DNA from: Epiperipatus broadwayi
Taxonomy: Eukaryota; Animalia; Onychophora
Length of the DNA stretch: 64,000 nt
NCBI GenBank assembly: GCA_028023455.1
Contig: JAQFVV010000009.1
Location: 5,332,001 to 5,396,000, forward strand
Reading direction: 5' to 3'
Shown here: positions 38,700 to 52,431 of the stretch, in pieces
How the letters are laid out: the number at the start of each line of letters is the position of its first letter
Position numbering within the stretch: position 1 is the stretch's first letter
The notes under the pieces: generated by a model
What the model saw: only the letters and a program-made list of their open reading frames with translations
Told to the model about the DNA's origin: nothing
The model's database searches: none
Made by a program: the position numbers and the translations under genes

Positions 38700-39990
38700 C
38701 ACATCTAATTACTGCTATAAAAAATTACTTTACCAACAGATCTATCAAGCTTAAAAATTATATGTGCCTCTCCTCACATTTTAAACCCAATTTGAGATAT
38801 CATTGCTTTTGCAATATATATAAACTCCATGAGCAAAGAAATTTAACAGAGCACAGATCTCTTCCTCATCTTGGAACTACAATTAAAGAAATATCTTTTG
38901 TCGATGATGTCCTGATAGTCTTCATAGACCTGCACAACATTCCTCTCATTCTTCATAGTCTGAACAAATTTGAAACACGAACAGGGTCTATAATACAAGC
39001 TTGTAAGTTACCCGTGTGTCAGATATCTACAGGTCACAATCTTCTTTCATTCTTCACATGTACATATTCAACTCTTCTTGAAAGTCCAATAAATTTATGT
39101 AAAACACATCATCATCTAAATCATCTGGTCATCAGCAAGTTCAATACAAAAAGAAATGCTTTCTGCCCAAAATTGCTTTATCCTATAGTAAAAGTTTGTT
39201 TAGTTAATGCTATTCTGAGTGGTATACTTGCTATAGTCCACAGATGTATCTTTTCAGGGACTATTGTTAAAAATTTCATGTCCACAATAAAATCATACAT
39301 CTAGGGATCATCATCACCTCTTCTACCAATTACAAGTGCATGATTTCCTGTTTGTAAAGATGGTCTTAATCTAATATATCCTCAATCATTTGCCTCCTAT
39401 ATCAAAGCTAAAATATACATTGCAACCTTAGTTAGTCCAATCCTGAAAGCCACTCTATCTATAATACTGCTTACTTTACTTCAATATGTAAATGATTTCT
39501 TTTTTACTGATCAAGCTATCAAGCACACAGATTTGTTAGATAACTATAATACCAAATATTTGTTTGGTGTTTTATTTAAAGATTTGGAAAAAAATTATAT
39601 ATCATAACAGATATCTATGGTCAACCTAACCTTCCCAATTTCAAAAACTTTATCAAGATTTCAAAATATGTACGTTTCTCAATCATGATTGAAATTTTTG
39701 TTTAACTTATTACTTGACACAATTCCTACCAAAATCTTGCTCATTAACTATTTTAAATTAAATCTATGTCTTGTGTAATAATCATTCAAAAGATATACAC
39801 ATCTTAAGGCACTTTGTTTTTCACAAGCAAATAATTAATTTTAAACAATTGCTGGAAGAAAATATAAAAAAATTTCTTCCTTATAATGCCATAGTAATTA
39901 TTCATATTCTTAGAACCATGTGGCTTGCTCATTGCTCTGTAATTTTTGACAACAAAAATTGCAATGTTCTTAAAAATAATAATAAAGTAT
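38700..39990 (+). mobile_element. L1/Tx1-clade LINE ORF2 3' half (RT end to C-terminal Cys/His region), degraded
   Basis: ORF 38762-39304 SFVDDVLIV...LNKFETRTGSII; then FPVCKDGLNL (P..GGL motif); then C.MCNNHSKDIHILRH. Confidence 0.7.
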
Positions 39991-41482
39991 GATATAATAT
40001 GTATTTATAAGCTCTAAAATACTTACTTAGAAATATTATGAGTAAAATTTGACAAAACAATATTTTTATTAGTAGTACATTACTCTAATTGATATAAAGG
40101 ATATAAATTATATATTCATCTACATAAAACAGAATCATTTTCATCTGCCCTCAATCACTAGTAGTAATGTTTATATTTTCTAAGCTATGTATCATATGTC
40201 ATCAAATTCTTTTTTTCCCCCTATATATGTTAATACTTGTATCTAATTTTTATTAATAAAATTTATTTTATAAAAAAAAAAAAAACCATTTCAATTATCA
40301 TTATACAAATGATATAAATAATTGATTTTCTTTTTTTTTTTTATTTTTAGTATAAAACAATATGTTTTAAATAAAATAATATGCTTTCAAATTAATATTT
40401 TTTGCTTCTATCCATTCCTATTCCTAAATATATGTAATAAATATTATGATGAAACAATCAGCATCAAACAAGGCCAAAATAAATAAACAAAGTCATATTA
40501 TTATTAATATTTTTATTAATGTTTATTCTGGTAAATTTCTTTAATCAAATTGTTTAAACTAAGAATTTTATTCTATTTTGAATCAATAGTTTCAGAAATA
40601 ATAATTGTTTTTAATTAAATTTGGAGCAGAGCATTATTATGTGTCATCTTGAAATGAATATCTGTAACACCCATTATTTTTATCTTCGATTTGATCTCTA
40701 TCTTAAATTTTTATACTTTTTTAATATATATCTTTGATATCCTTTTTTGATTGGAAATTGTGTTCCTTAATCAAATTATTGATTTTTTGTTGAACAATAA
40801 TTTCCAGTAGTGTCTTTAGCAGGAGGGAATCATGCAGCCAACCATGCATGAAAAAATTAATTCAAGGATTATAAGTCTACTATAAGATTTTCACTTTCCT
40901 CATCTGACACTTTAAACTTTATAAATGTTTCTGCTACAAATAAATTAAACACTCTTTACATAATTGCATTTCATACTTTTTTAAAACAAAGTCCTTGTAC
41001 TTAAAGAAAGTACTGATATTTTCCTAATATCTCATATTATTTCTTCTTTATCTCTAATATTTCCATTTTCAACTCATTTACTTTTCCTTTAATTTAACCT
41101 TAATTTTCTTTTGTACTTTTCCCTAAAATTTTATCTTGGAATTCTTTGATTTGAGATATCTTAATTTCCTTTTATACTTTTAACCTTGAATTTTTCTGGT
41201 ATTCTGTTTTGAGATTATTTGAGCTCTCTTTGACATCCATTGAGAGTGGTGTGGGTGAGAATTAAAAAGTTTCTATTGCAATTTATCTTAAGAATTCTTG
41301 GAATTATTTTCTTAATAATTTACAACAGTAATAAAAACAATGCCACAATTGCCTAAACTTCTATTGTTACCATAGTATTTATTATAAATCAATATTTTAA
41401 GAAAGGTTAAAGTAATGTCATTTAATAATTGTGATAAATAAATAATAATCATATCTACCTATTAGAAGTGAAAAAAAATATA

Positions 41483-41786
41483 GTACTTACATATTAGATC
41501 TGCTGCCTATATTTGTGACTGCAGAATGCTGTACCTTTCTCCAGTGGTGGAGGAAGAGGGTGTTTGTGATAACAGAATGCCATATTAAAGTCACAACTAC
41601 CTCTCTTTATTTAGTGTCATAATATGTTTATTATTTTTGCATACAAATTTATAGTTTTCTTATTGTTAAAGATTTGAGTTTTTAATACAGCATTCTGCCA
41701 TTGTAAACAACCTCCCACTCCCCACTGGAGAAAAATATAGCATTCTGCTATCGCAAACATGGGCAGCAGGTTTAATATGTAAATAC
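41483..41786. repeat. ~300 bp MITE-like inverted repeat (arms ~115 bp, each with an internal direct repeat)
   Basis: GCAGAATGCTGTA (41521) / TACAGCATTCTGC (41687); CTGCTGCCTATATTTG / CAAACATGGGCAGCAG. Confidence 0.75.
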
Positions 41787-44755
41787 CAAAAATATTCTCC
41801 TCCTTCTACAATATGTTTTTTTTCCTTTTTCCACAATGTATAATTTTTTTTAATACTTCTCAAAATACATATATATGTGACCTTTACATTTATTTATCAA
41901 GATTTTTTTTATTTATTCCCTTCTCCACAGAAATAAAACTGGTAAACCATACCAAACTTTTTAAATCTAACATATTAGTCTAGAATTTTTGCTTATGCTG
42001 TAAATTAAAACTTAATAAAAAATAATATCACCTTATTCTACAGTCTTTAAAACTATTCAGTATTATCATGCCATAGCAATATTAAAATTTAAAACACCAT
42101 ACTAATTTATTAATTAAGTCTCTTTTAATCCATTATGTCTTATTTAATCTATTTTGGTCTTTCTTAATATATTTTATTTTAAACTTTCAATCCCTTTCTT
42201 AATATTCTTAATCAATTGATCTCCATGTTAAGCATAAATGGTTATTACAGTAGCATAGGAAGAAGAAATAAAAAATGATAAGAATGAAAAAAGTACTAAG
42301 CTATTCTGAGTCAAACTAACAATGCATGTTTTTATGATGTAATATCATATTTATAAGTAAGACAATGACAAAATTTAACTTATTTACAATCAATAATAAG
42401 AATATTCAAAAATTTTATTATAAATTGCATTTATTAATTAGAAAAAAAAAACAAATATAAAATTAATACAGATAATTAAGATTACAACAAATATCAGGGC
42501 CTCCTAGCAGAAATTGTTTGAAAGAAAATTATATGCTTAACCATTGAAAATATCTAGTCAAGATATATTAAAGGTATTAAGTTTTCACAATATATTGTTT
42601 TTGTTTCACAAATATTATTTTAAATTTGAAATACTTTTTTATTTCAAATTCTATTTCTTTTCCTTTTTAAATCAAAATCAAATACAGATAAAAGCATATA
42701 AGAAATTTGTACAATATAACAAAAGATAAATGACTACCTTTTAATATTTATCATAGAATTTTCAATTTAATTACCACTTGTTTTATTTAAATATATGTAA
42801 TTCCAATTAGTTGCTTTCATTGCAAAGATTTGACTCAGAAAAAATACATAGTATTATTCTTTCTGAAAGAAAAAGTTTCTTCAGAAGTTAAAAGACAGCT
42901 TTTCAAAATATCAAATAAGCAGAAAGATGAAACATATGTTTTATATGTAAAAAAAAAAAAAAAAATTATTCATAATGTAGTAGTATTTTTGACCTTTTCT
43001 ACTTCTTGGAGTTCGAATGGGCACATTTGATTGTGAACAACATATAACGAAATCCAAAATATCCACAATCATTAAATTCTTATTGTCTTTGTATTTTTAA
43101 TTCAACAATTACTTTTAAATCTTTTTCATGATTGTACTTTTAGATTTAAATGCACATATTATATATGAAGCTCCACGTTCATTCTAATATTCAATGAAAC
43201 AAAAAAGGCATTGTTTCCTTTTGATTAAATCTTTAACAATACAATCATTCTTAAAAAAAAAAATTGGGAGAATTTTTCTTTTTTAATAAACTCCACAAAA
43301 AATAATTATTCAATATCCCAACACATTTTTTATGATAATTCTATTCTTTAGTGGCATTATCAGTTTATAAATCCAAATTATTCTAAGAATTTGATAATTA
43401 TTGAAACTTTAGCATTCATATAAATTGCTTATAAAAGATGGACATCAAATTTCTTAATAGTATATTTAAAATAAAAGCATATTTAGCTGCCATATCATTT
43501 TAATTTTAAAGCAATGTGAACTAGTTTTCTGTCTAACAATCAGGAGCTATAAGTAAATGAAATATTGTTTTTACATTCTAAATCCTATTAAAATAGTTTT
43601 TGATATCTCAATATATATCTATTATTTAAAGATTTGATAATATCAGACTATTTGAGTTCTTAAAATCAATATTATTTGTGATTTAGGGTATAAATAACTA
43701 TTATTTGTAAATATAAAAATTAAATGTCAAAAAAAAAAAAAAGTGGCCTTTTTTATCTTTATACAATACACATACATACATATATATATATATAGCACAG
43801 CAGTCATTTGTAAATGAGTATGGCCATTCTAATTCCAGGGGGAAAGAAAATATCATAAAAATGAATTTTGCAATGATGATACAAAGTAATCCATGAATGA
43901 TAAATGCATCTATATAGAACATGCTGTTTTTTTTGTTTTTGTTTTTTTGTTTATTTTCTATTTTGCAATGATATCTTCTAATTTTTTCAGCAAAAATTTT
44001 TTCTTTCTGATATATTTAAATTCTATGTTTAATTGTAATTCTTCAATGTCTTCCATTCTCTGTCATATCTTCCCAATGGAAACAAATGACCTTGCATTTA
44101 TTTAAAATGTCTGTGAAACAATATTTATAATGTAAACAGGAAATACCTCCATGCTCAAGTTCATCAAAAAACACCATTTTAGAAAGTTTGCATTGTTTAT
44201 TCATTTTGCATATCCAATGCATCAAAGATATGATTTTGCTATAGTAGCCTTTATAATATCATATCCAACAAATTGATTGGTTTTATGATCTTGCCATTGT
44301 ATTTTCAAAATTTTGTGGTCCACTCTAATGCATTTATATTGTGGTGATATGTGTGTCAAAAACTCATCTACATATAATAAATTAGGCAAATAACTACTAA
44401 CTTAATTGCGATAGTAATTTCCATAACGAAATACCCTATTTTTACTTGTTAAAAATATTGCAACAGATTGGAGATTGTACTGTATTCATTATCTAAGTCC
44501 ATTTATCTGTTTATAAAACTATAAAGACATTTAAAGGGTTTACATTCTCATGTTGATAATCATCCAAGCTAAAAACTATTGAAGAATTTTTTTTCCATCA
44601 CTAGCTGATAAAGAATTTGAGTTTTTATACATTAATTATTAAACCAAATTTTTTATGTTGTATTCAAAACATTAAGAACACTCTGTAAATAAACTTTTGA
44701 AGTGGCAAAAATAGCACAACCATCAGCATATTGTAAATCCAGAGTCCAATAAAAT

Positions 44756-44810
44756 GTTCTTGTTTTCACTTTTGATTCAAAAAAGTTCTTGTTTTCACTT
44801 TTGATTCAAA
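44756..44810. repeat. ~29 bp tandem duplication inside the RTE RT
   Basis: GTTCTTGTTTTCACTTTTGATTCAAA twice. Confidence 0.9.
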
Positions 44811-46398
44811 TTAAAAATATTAAATCTGCATTGCATTTTGATTTCTGTTTCATCAAATTGCCTACAAGTAGTTGAATATAAGGTTGAAGCAAATAAATAT
44901 TCTTGTTCAACATTGGATTTTATTTCAAACGCCTCAAATTTTCTACTGAAGTAATAAAAATTGCCTCTCATTTTATTATATAATATAAATACACTTTGGT
45001 GGCCAAGCAATTAATTTCAAACCATCCCATAGATTTGTTTGATTACTTGAATTTAATGCTCTGTCCAAATCAATAAAAGCAATATACAAATCACTCTTTT
45101 GTTCCCAACACTTTTCTTGCATTTATCTGGCAACAAAAATTATGTCTATAATGCTTCTTAATTTTCAAAAATGATAATGTCTCTGATAACCATTTATCAG
45201 AATGGAAGCAATCTATTTAACAAAATCCTTAAAAGTATTTTTGCTGTAATGAATATAATCATATTTCATTACAATTACTGCAATCTTATCTATTTTATTT
45301 TTTAAAAATTAGAACAATAAAAGCATCCTTAAGATTTAATGGCACAATTTTATGAATCTATATATCTCAAAAAAAAAAAAAAAAAAATCCATTATTCTTG
45401 AAATTAACATATTACCACCACATTTTAAATTCCTACAAGTATTTCATCACCATTTTTAAGATTACAAAAAATTAAGTTTGATTTGTCCAAATCTAACTGA
45501 ATAGATAAAATGGATATACCATTAAAAGTCATCATCTCAAATCTTGTATCCTTATTCAAAAGATGATCAAAATATTTCTTCTATCTGTTTAATATATTTT
45601 TGCCCTTTTAGAGCATCACTGCTGGATTATAGGATTGTAATACAGTTGCATAGGTCTATATGGTTCTTCAATGCATCAAAAAAGATCTAAAGAGATCATG
45701 ATCAATGAATGGTTGTATCTTTTTTGCAATTTTAATTCACTAATCATTTTTAAGCTTCTTATCAGTCATTCAACTTCTGTCTTCAGACTTCTATATTTTT
45801 TAAATAAATAAGTAATTGAATGGCTTTATTGCTTGGGAGTTCATAAAAAGTTTAAGGGTTGGAAATGCCAGAATTGGAATGGATCCCAGGTCTTAAATCA
45901 GATTATGACACTCTAATTATTACACTGGGAACTATGCAGGGATCTACATTTATTATGAAGTTCTACATTTATTATTTTGTGAAGCAGAAACTGTCATATG
46001 TTTCCTTTTAATCAAATTACTAATATAAAAGCTGTCATGATTCTTTTTAATGAGAATTCTATGCCTCAGCAATATAAAAATCCTGAAAATCCAAAATAGC
46101 AATTTTAATGTTTAATAACTATTAAAATTTAGTAGATATAATGGATAGTTCTAAAGATCGAACATCAATTTTCTTGTGAATATGATTGAAATAAGATCCT
46201 CTTTTACAAGTAACTATCATTTTAATCTTAAAAGATACTAATCTATAAATGGTACAGCAATTTGTAAATACATATATTTCTCTTGTATTCTGATTCCTAA
46301 CTATCAAAAAATATATAAAATGTGCTAACACGCACAAGCACACAAAGCTAAAAACAAATAAAGCAAATATATATTATTTTAATATCTATTCATTAAAT

Positions 46399-46439
46399 GG
46401 CTAAGCGCTTTCAAGGTTCAAGCCCTCATAATCATAGCC
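46399..46439 (-). ncRNA. Family B hammerhead with A3:U8 core
   Basis: Minus: GGCT-ATGATTA-T-GAGG gcttgaa CCTT-GAAA-GCGC-TT-AGCC. Confidence 0.7.
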
Positions 46440-47153
46440 GCATTACAAAATATAATAAATTGACTTGGAGTGATGCAAATTTGTGCAAATGAAATAATTA
46501 TCCATTCCATTTCTTGGATATTTTGTAGCAAGAGTCTTTTCTATTGATGGCATCGCCATCTCTAGATATAAAGAAAGCTTTTATCTTTCTTTTTAGATCA
46601 TGCCGCTCTCTGCATAACACCACTGGATTTCCCGGTTGACAATCATGCCCAGCTGAAGCACGGTGCTGCGCAAAAACTGAACTATGAGCAGTGTCCAACA
46701 AAGCTTTATTATAAGAATAAGTGTGTTGCGATAGCCTAGTAGAGAGAGAGGCCCTAGTCTCACCATAATATGATGATCTACAAAATTTTTCAGGGCAGGC
46801 AATATTATAACCACTTGAGGTGTCAGCGAGGGTGGGAGGCAGTCTCTCTCCACTAGGCTATCGCAACACACATCCTTATAATAAAGCGTTGTTGGACACT
46901 GCTCATAATTCAGTTTTTGTGCAGCACCGTGCTTCAGCTGGGCATGATTGTCAACCGGGAAATCCAGTGGTGGTATGCAGAGAGCGGCATGATCTAAAAA
47001 GAAAGATAAAAGAAGCTTTCTTTATATCTAGAGATGGCGATGCCATCAATAGAAAAGACTCTTGCTACAAAATATCCAAGAAATGGAATGCATAATTATT
47101 TCATTTGCATAAATTTGCATCACTCCAAGTCAATTTATTATATTTTGTAATAC

Positions 47154-47194
47154 AGCTATGATTATGAGGGCTTGAACCTTGAAAGCGCTTAGCC
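47154..47194 (+). ncRNA. Family B hammerhead with A3:U8 core
   Basis: AGCT-ATGATTA-T-GAGG gcttgaa CCTT-GAAA-GCGC-TT-AGCC. Confidence 0.7.
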
Positions 47195-48050
47195 ATTTAA
47201 TGAATAGATATTAAAATAATATATATTTGCTTTATTTGTTTTTAGCTTTGTGTGCTTGTGCGTGTTAGCACATTTTATATATTTTTTGATTCATAATTAG
47301 CCACAAAGTATAAACTATTTGCTTATTCCTAACTATATAATCTATTAAATGTTATTGTGATTATGAATGCATCTGTGTTCCTTTATAGCAATTTTTCTAT
47401 TTAAACAAAATATCTGTGATAGCCAATCCATGTAATGTGCAAAAATTCAATAGTTTTTAGCACCTTCATCATTACTTCAAAACATTTACTGAAAGTCCAA
47501 TTATTTATATAAATGACTGTATGAAAACAGCCAAAAAAAAAAAATTTAATTATTTAATGATATTGCTATAATAAAGCTATCCAGAAAGAAATAAAAGCTG
47601 TTTTTATCTGAATTCTCTGAATCTAATTTTGAAGCATATAGACTAATAAAATAATCAGTAATACTATTATTCAAGCCAAGTTTTATTATTATTCATTACA
47701 CAGCAAGGAATTACAAATATAAAAGATACTACATTAGACTTTATAAAAATTCCAACACTATGAATTCTCTTTACACTGATTGATCAGTCCTTTCAAAAAA
47801 ATTTCTAGCTATCAACCTGTTTTATTAAATGTCCTTCCTCTGGAAAACAAGTTTCACTAAGAGATATTATATCAGTCTTAAATATTGACAGTTCCTTAAT
47901 CACTAGTGCTGACCTCCATTCTGATCTTAAAAGGATTTGATTCAAATTAAGTTTTATGTAACAATATTTTAACAAAATTACAAGCATGTTGAGGCCTGGC
48001 AGGAGATGTTATATCAAGCACTTTTATAAATCAATAACTAAGTAAGTAAA

Positions 48051-48081
48051 GGCTGAGCGCTTTCGAGGCATGTTGCCTCTT
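48051..48081 (-). ncRNA. 3' half of a family-B-like hammerhead (core missing)
   Basis: Minus: aa-GAGGC aacat GCCTC-GAAA-GCGC-TC-AGCC. Confidence 0.5.
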
Positions 48082-51000
48082 GGAAAATATTAGTTGTAAT
48101 ACTTACATTTAGTACTTCCATTAACTCCTGAATTATTATTATTACTAATATTATTATTTATATCACGGTAATAAAAAAACCACCAAGATAGGATGACCTA
48201 GTCAGTATCACTAAATAGGGCTGCATAAATATAGAATCTTTGCCAAAAGAAACCTCTGTCCCAAATACAGTTCCAATTTGACTCATTAGTAATTGTATTG
48301 CTTCAACTCAAGATCACAACTAAGGATTGCCAACCTATTAAGCCTTCCTTGTCATTGCTTTCTTTATTTTGAAGGGCTTGAGTTTAAACAAAAAAAAAAA
48401 TGAAAAAAGGATTTGGAGTCATTTAAAGAATGGAAATGTGGCTGCACAAGCACATAATCCCATTGTTAGGAATCGGTATAAAAAGAGAAGTGATGGCATA
48501 AAAGACTCATGATGAATAGACCTTACAATAAGAGACTAAAGAAGGAAACAAGAGAGACATGAAAGATTAATTGAATTGCAAACATTATCTAGCCTTTCAC
48601 TAACTACAATATTATTTTATAAGTCAATATAAGGTATTCTTGGTCAGACCATATTTTTTAGTATTCACAATTAACCTTCATGTATAAAAATCATTGCATT
48701 ATCCATCATCTGTGGAACTTGTTGATAGCCTGCCCATAGCATTTGACACATTATAATAATTATACTAATACAGAATAATATTTCTATCTCTCTTTTTTTA
48801 AAATCCAATGTTAATTCATAATTACTGATAAAATAAAGAAGTACCATTACAGTAAACAATTTTCCATATTATTAGCTATTATTAATTCACAAAATAATCC
48901 AGGAAATATCATAGGTAAAGTTAAATCTCATACCAAATTTCCAAACAAGAAAAAACTTTTAGTCATCTATCTATTAAGTTAAATATTCTTTCTGGAAAAT
49001 TAGTTTTCACTAAGCATCAATTGACAATTTATCTATAAAAGCACTGTTCTATATAAATCTTGAAGAATCAAATCCAAACAAAATTCATGTATTTCGTATG
49101 TCTATATTTAAAAAAAAACAAAAAAACTTTATTATACTCCTATGATGTATCACCAAGAGAATTATTGATTTTATTACTTTTTCAACATTATTTATAATCA
49201 ATCTATCAGATATAATAATGCACCAGATTTTATAAAGTAGGCCATCTTTTTTAGTCCTTCCATATATCCATAAATATAATAGTCCAAGCATATAATCATC
49301 TGCTGACTGAAAACCTTGTCACAAGTGATTCATTAATAATAGTACTGCCTCAAGCTTAACAATTTCTCATGTGCTAAACCTGCTTTCATTGGTATGTTTT
49401 TCACACTTGTCTTTGCATAGTTTACACCTAATCCCATTATACTACACTTAGTGCTCCTCATAACTAACATTATGAGGAGCTAAAGATGATTGGATCTTAT
49501 ACTACCTAAATAAATGAAGATAATATAATAAAAAATAGAATTAGAAAAGAGCACAAAGAGAAGGCAGAAAAGAATACTTAAATAGAAAATAGTTTCCACA
49601 TTTTGATAAGGTAATGTTACATCCACAAAGAATCAGACTTTCTTAGTTGTGTACTACTCAATAATTATTCATAGTTAATGCAACATATCTGAAAATTCGT
49701 TATTCATAATTGTGGGTGTCATCTGCAGTTTGACAAACCATTTTATAAGACAGCCATAGCATCTCTAAAAATCTTCACATTTGCCATAGTCCAGAAGCAT
49801 CGATATAATAATGATAAGATCACAGAAAATATCCATCTTCCACAATGTGATCTTTCCTTGCAATAGGGTGAAGGGGGGCCGTCATTGACATTCATACTTT
49901 CATCGATTGTTTAATTATTAAAATGAAATTTCAATTATATTTTTAATTTGCCCAACTTTCTGTATTATAATGGTCATTCAATATCTTTTTTTTTTTAATT
50001 TCAATACTATGCATTCAAAAAGTAAAAATCTATAAACATTTCCAAGAAAAAACAACTTGCAAGTCATAATTTTTTTTTGCTAGTTTCATTCTAATTCGGC
50101 CTTAAAACATAGGTGATGTACTCGAGAGATTTCTAAATTAAATAGAAGATCACGAGTATATTACATAAATAAATGTTATCTCTGTATAATTTAATGGAGT
50201 AGTATATGATCCTAAAGTTCAATGTCCATAGATTGTAGCTTCCGTTTTGTCAATATCGGTGCTCCTCTCCCGAACAATACACCATTCCATTATTTATTTA
50301 CTTAATGACTTTATGCCATTATATAAAAATATATGATTAACAATTAACTTAAAAAGATTTTTTTTTTTTTTTTAAACCATTAACTTACATTTCATTTTAC
50401 TGAACAAAAATAAAATATCTATTACTTGATTTTATTTCTTATATTAAAATCTAATGTTAAACTTTCAATTTTATTTTATTTTAATATTTAAATTTTATTT
50501 ATATATTTCTAATTTAATCTTTTAATTTACATAATCACGTAATTTTTATAAATATCACATACATAATCAATGTGCTTATGAAAGCTAATAGAGGTAATTA
50601 TATATTTGTTGAAAGACTAAATTATAGTTTTTGCCTGATCTATTTACAAGTTGTTTAATTTTTAATTTTCAATAGAGTGCGCAACTACATAAACTGTAAT
50701 AGAATTGTTGCTATAAATTTAACATTTGTACCTACCGTCCTTCCAAAGTTTGTCTACCGGAAGTGAGTGAGAAAATTTTCCTTTATAGATAGTTTAAAAT
50801 ATCAAAAATTCTGCTGTAACGTAAAAACTTTTTTTTATCGAACATCGTCGTCGTAAGTTAAATAAATTGCCATAACGTTAAGAAAATTGATGGTTTTAAT
50901 AAACTTTTTTTTTTATAGCTATTAGAAAATTATAATAAATACAATCAAAATAAGAAATAGAAATGAATTTCTGACATTTATTAAAATAATAAGTTTGTCT

Positions 51001-51339
51001 TTGGCATTCGCTATTTTTTTTTTCTGGACACTCGATCGAAGTTGAATTTAAAGAAGACAAAAGTAGCTCTCAAGTCTATGTACTATATTTTATTGGCCTT
51101 TATAAATTACTAACTCGCTCTCTATTGCATTTGATTGTAAAACAACTCAAAATAAATATTTCCGATAATTCTTTTATATTTAAATCATGCTCGGAAGGAA
51201 CTAATTAATATATTGTATCATTAATTCTATCCATAAAATTAACATGAGTGCACATTTTATCGGTTTGATTAATGTCAAATAGCCAATATATCTATTTCTT
51301 AAAAAAGTAAGTTAAATTAGTATAAGAATCGTATGAACA

Positions 51340-51560
51340 ACTAGCATCAGTGGATCTAGATCTTAGGATTAAATATAACGCTGCAGTCACTACATTTTGC
51401 CTATTTAGTTAACTATAAAACTATGAGTCCAAGATAAAAACAATAATGTTTTCAATCCAAGCGAATTAGCTTATATAGTCATACAGATCTGAACCCAGTT
51501 CAGTATCTATATATTTTGGTATCATTGATTTTTTTAGTAACCACAGTCACCATTATCCTG
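51340..51560 (-). mobile_element. Family A body fragment (no HHR retained)
   Basis: CAATCCAAGC...GCTTATATAG...TCTGAACCCAGTTCAGTA...ATTTTGGT matches the reverse complement of 21810-21900. Confidence 0.65.
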
Positions 51561-52246
51561 TGGATAGGATTGGTGTAAAACCATTAAAACATCACACATG
51601 TTTTATGCTTGTGTAAATATAGAAAATGGTGATATGATAATAACTTACTTTGTACATTTAAATTAAGATAGATGAAATACAAATGTAAGTTAAAAGAAAA
51701 TAAGACTTTCTTTGTGATACAGCAAATAGTTATGCAAAATAAATTAATTAGAAAAAAAGATTAAATTTGAATTCAGTTTCAGAACTACTAATTAAATTTA
51801 GTAAAATACTGAAAAGGTACATATAATCAAAAGAAATTACTGTATTCTAAATGCCTATCATAGGAAGCAAAGCTAAATCCACAAACTTTGAAAAATTTAG
51901 TAATAAGGGGATATGGGTATGAATATTCTTCAAGAAAATCTAATTTAAATATGGGAAATTGATTACACTTTTTTTGAGAATCCCTCAAAACATAGTTAAA
52001 AAATGCAAATCCAATAATAGATAGTAAAAAGATATAGGCTCCATTTGATTAAAATTTAGTGATATTATGTGTACCATTCCTAGCATTAATGTTAAAAAAA
52101 TAGAGGATGATGATGAATATAGAATCCAGAAAAACTAAAAAATAAAGAAGCCAACTAAACTTACAAGAATGCTTTTCTAATTAAAAATAATACTTATATT
52201 TTTGGAGTAGAGGAAGGGATGCAATGCATGAAGTTTAAAGTTCTGC

Positions 52247-52431
52247 ATTTTAAAATTAAGATAGCTTAATTTAGAAATAATATATAGTTGTCTTTTAAAA
52301 TAGAATGAAATATAATAATTTATTGTTGTTAGAGACAAAGTATTTTAAAATTAAGATAGCTTAATTTAGAAATAATATATGTCTTTTAAAATAGAATGAA
52401 ATATAATAATTTATTGTTGTTAGAGACAAAG
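52247..52431. repeat. ~92 bp tandem duplication
   Basis: ATTTTAAAATTAAGATAGC...GAGACAAAG twice. Confidence 0.95.

Larger units (their letters stand above)
46305..47324. mobile_element. Family B PLE 3' end inserted as a ~1 kb inverted duplication (arms ~46303-46750 / 46842-47290) with 12 bp TSD
   Basis: ORFs 46820-47095 (+) and 46498-46701 (-) encode a GIY-YIG C-terminus (HRASAGHDCQP...RKIKEAFFI...INRKD...ISKKW); ATTCCTAACTAT at 46293-46304 and 47325-47336. Confidence 0.92.
44000..47990 (-). mobile_element. RTE/BovB-like LINE (APE endonuclease + RT), degraded, interrupted by a PLE hairpin
   Basis: EWRSALVIKELSIFKTDIISLSET (ORF 47805-47987, APE start); HLIDYIVRNQNTRE across the insertion; CWEQKSDLYIAFIDL; DLQYADG; LKIQWQD; KMVFFDELEHG. 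Confidence 0.85.
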
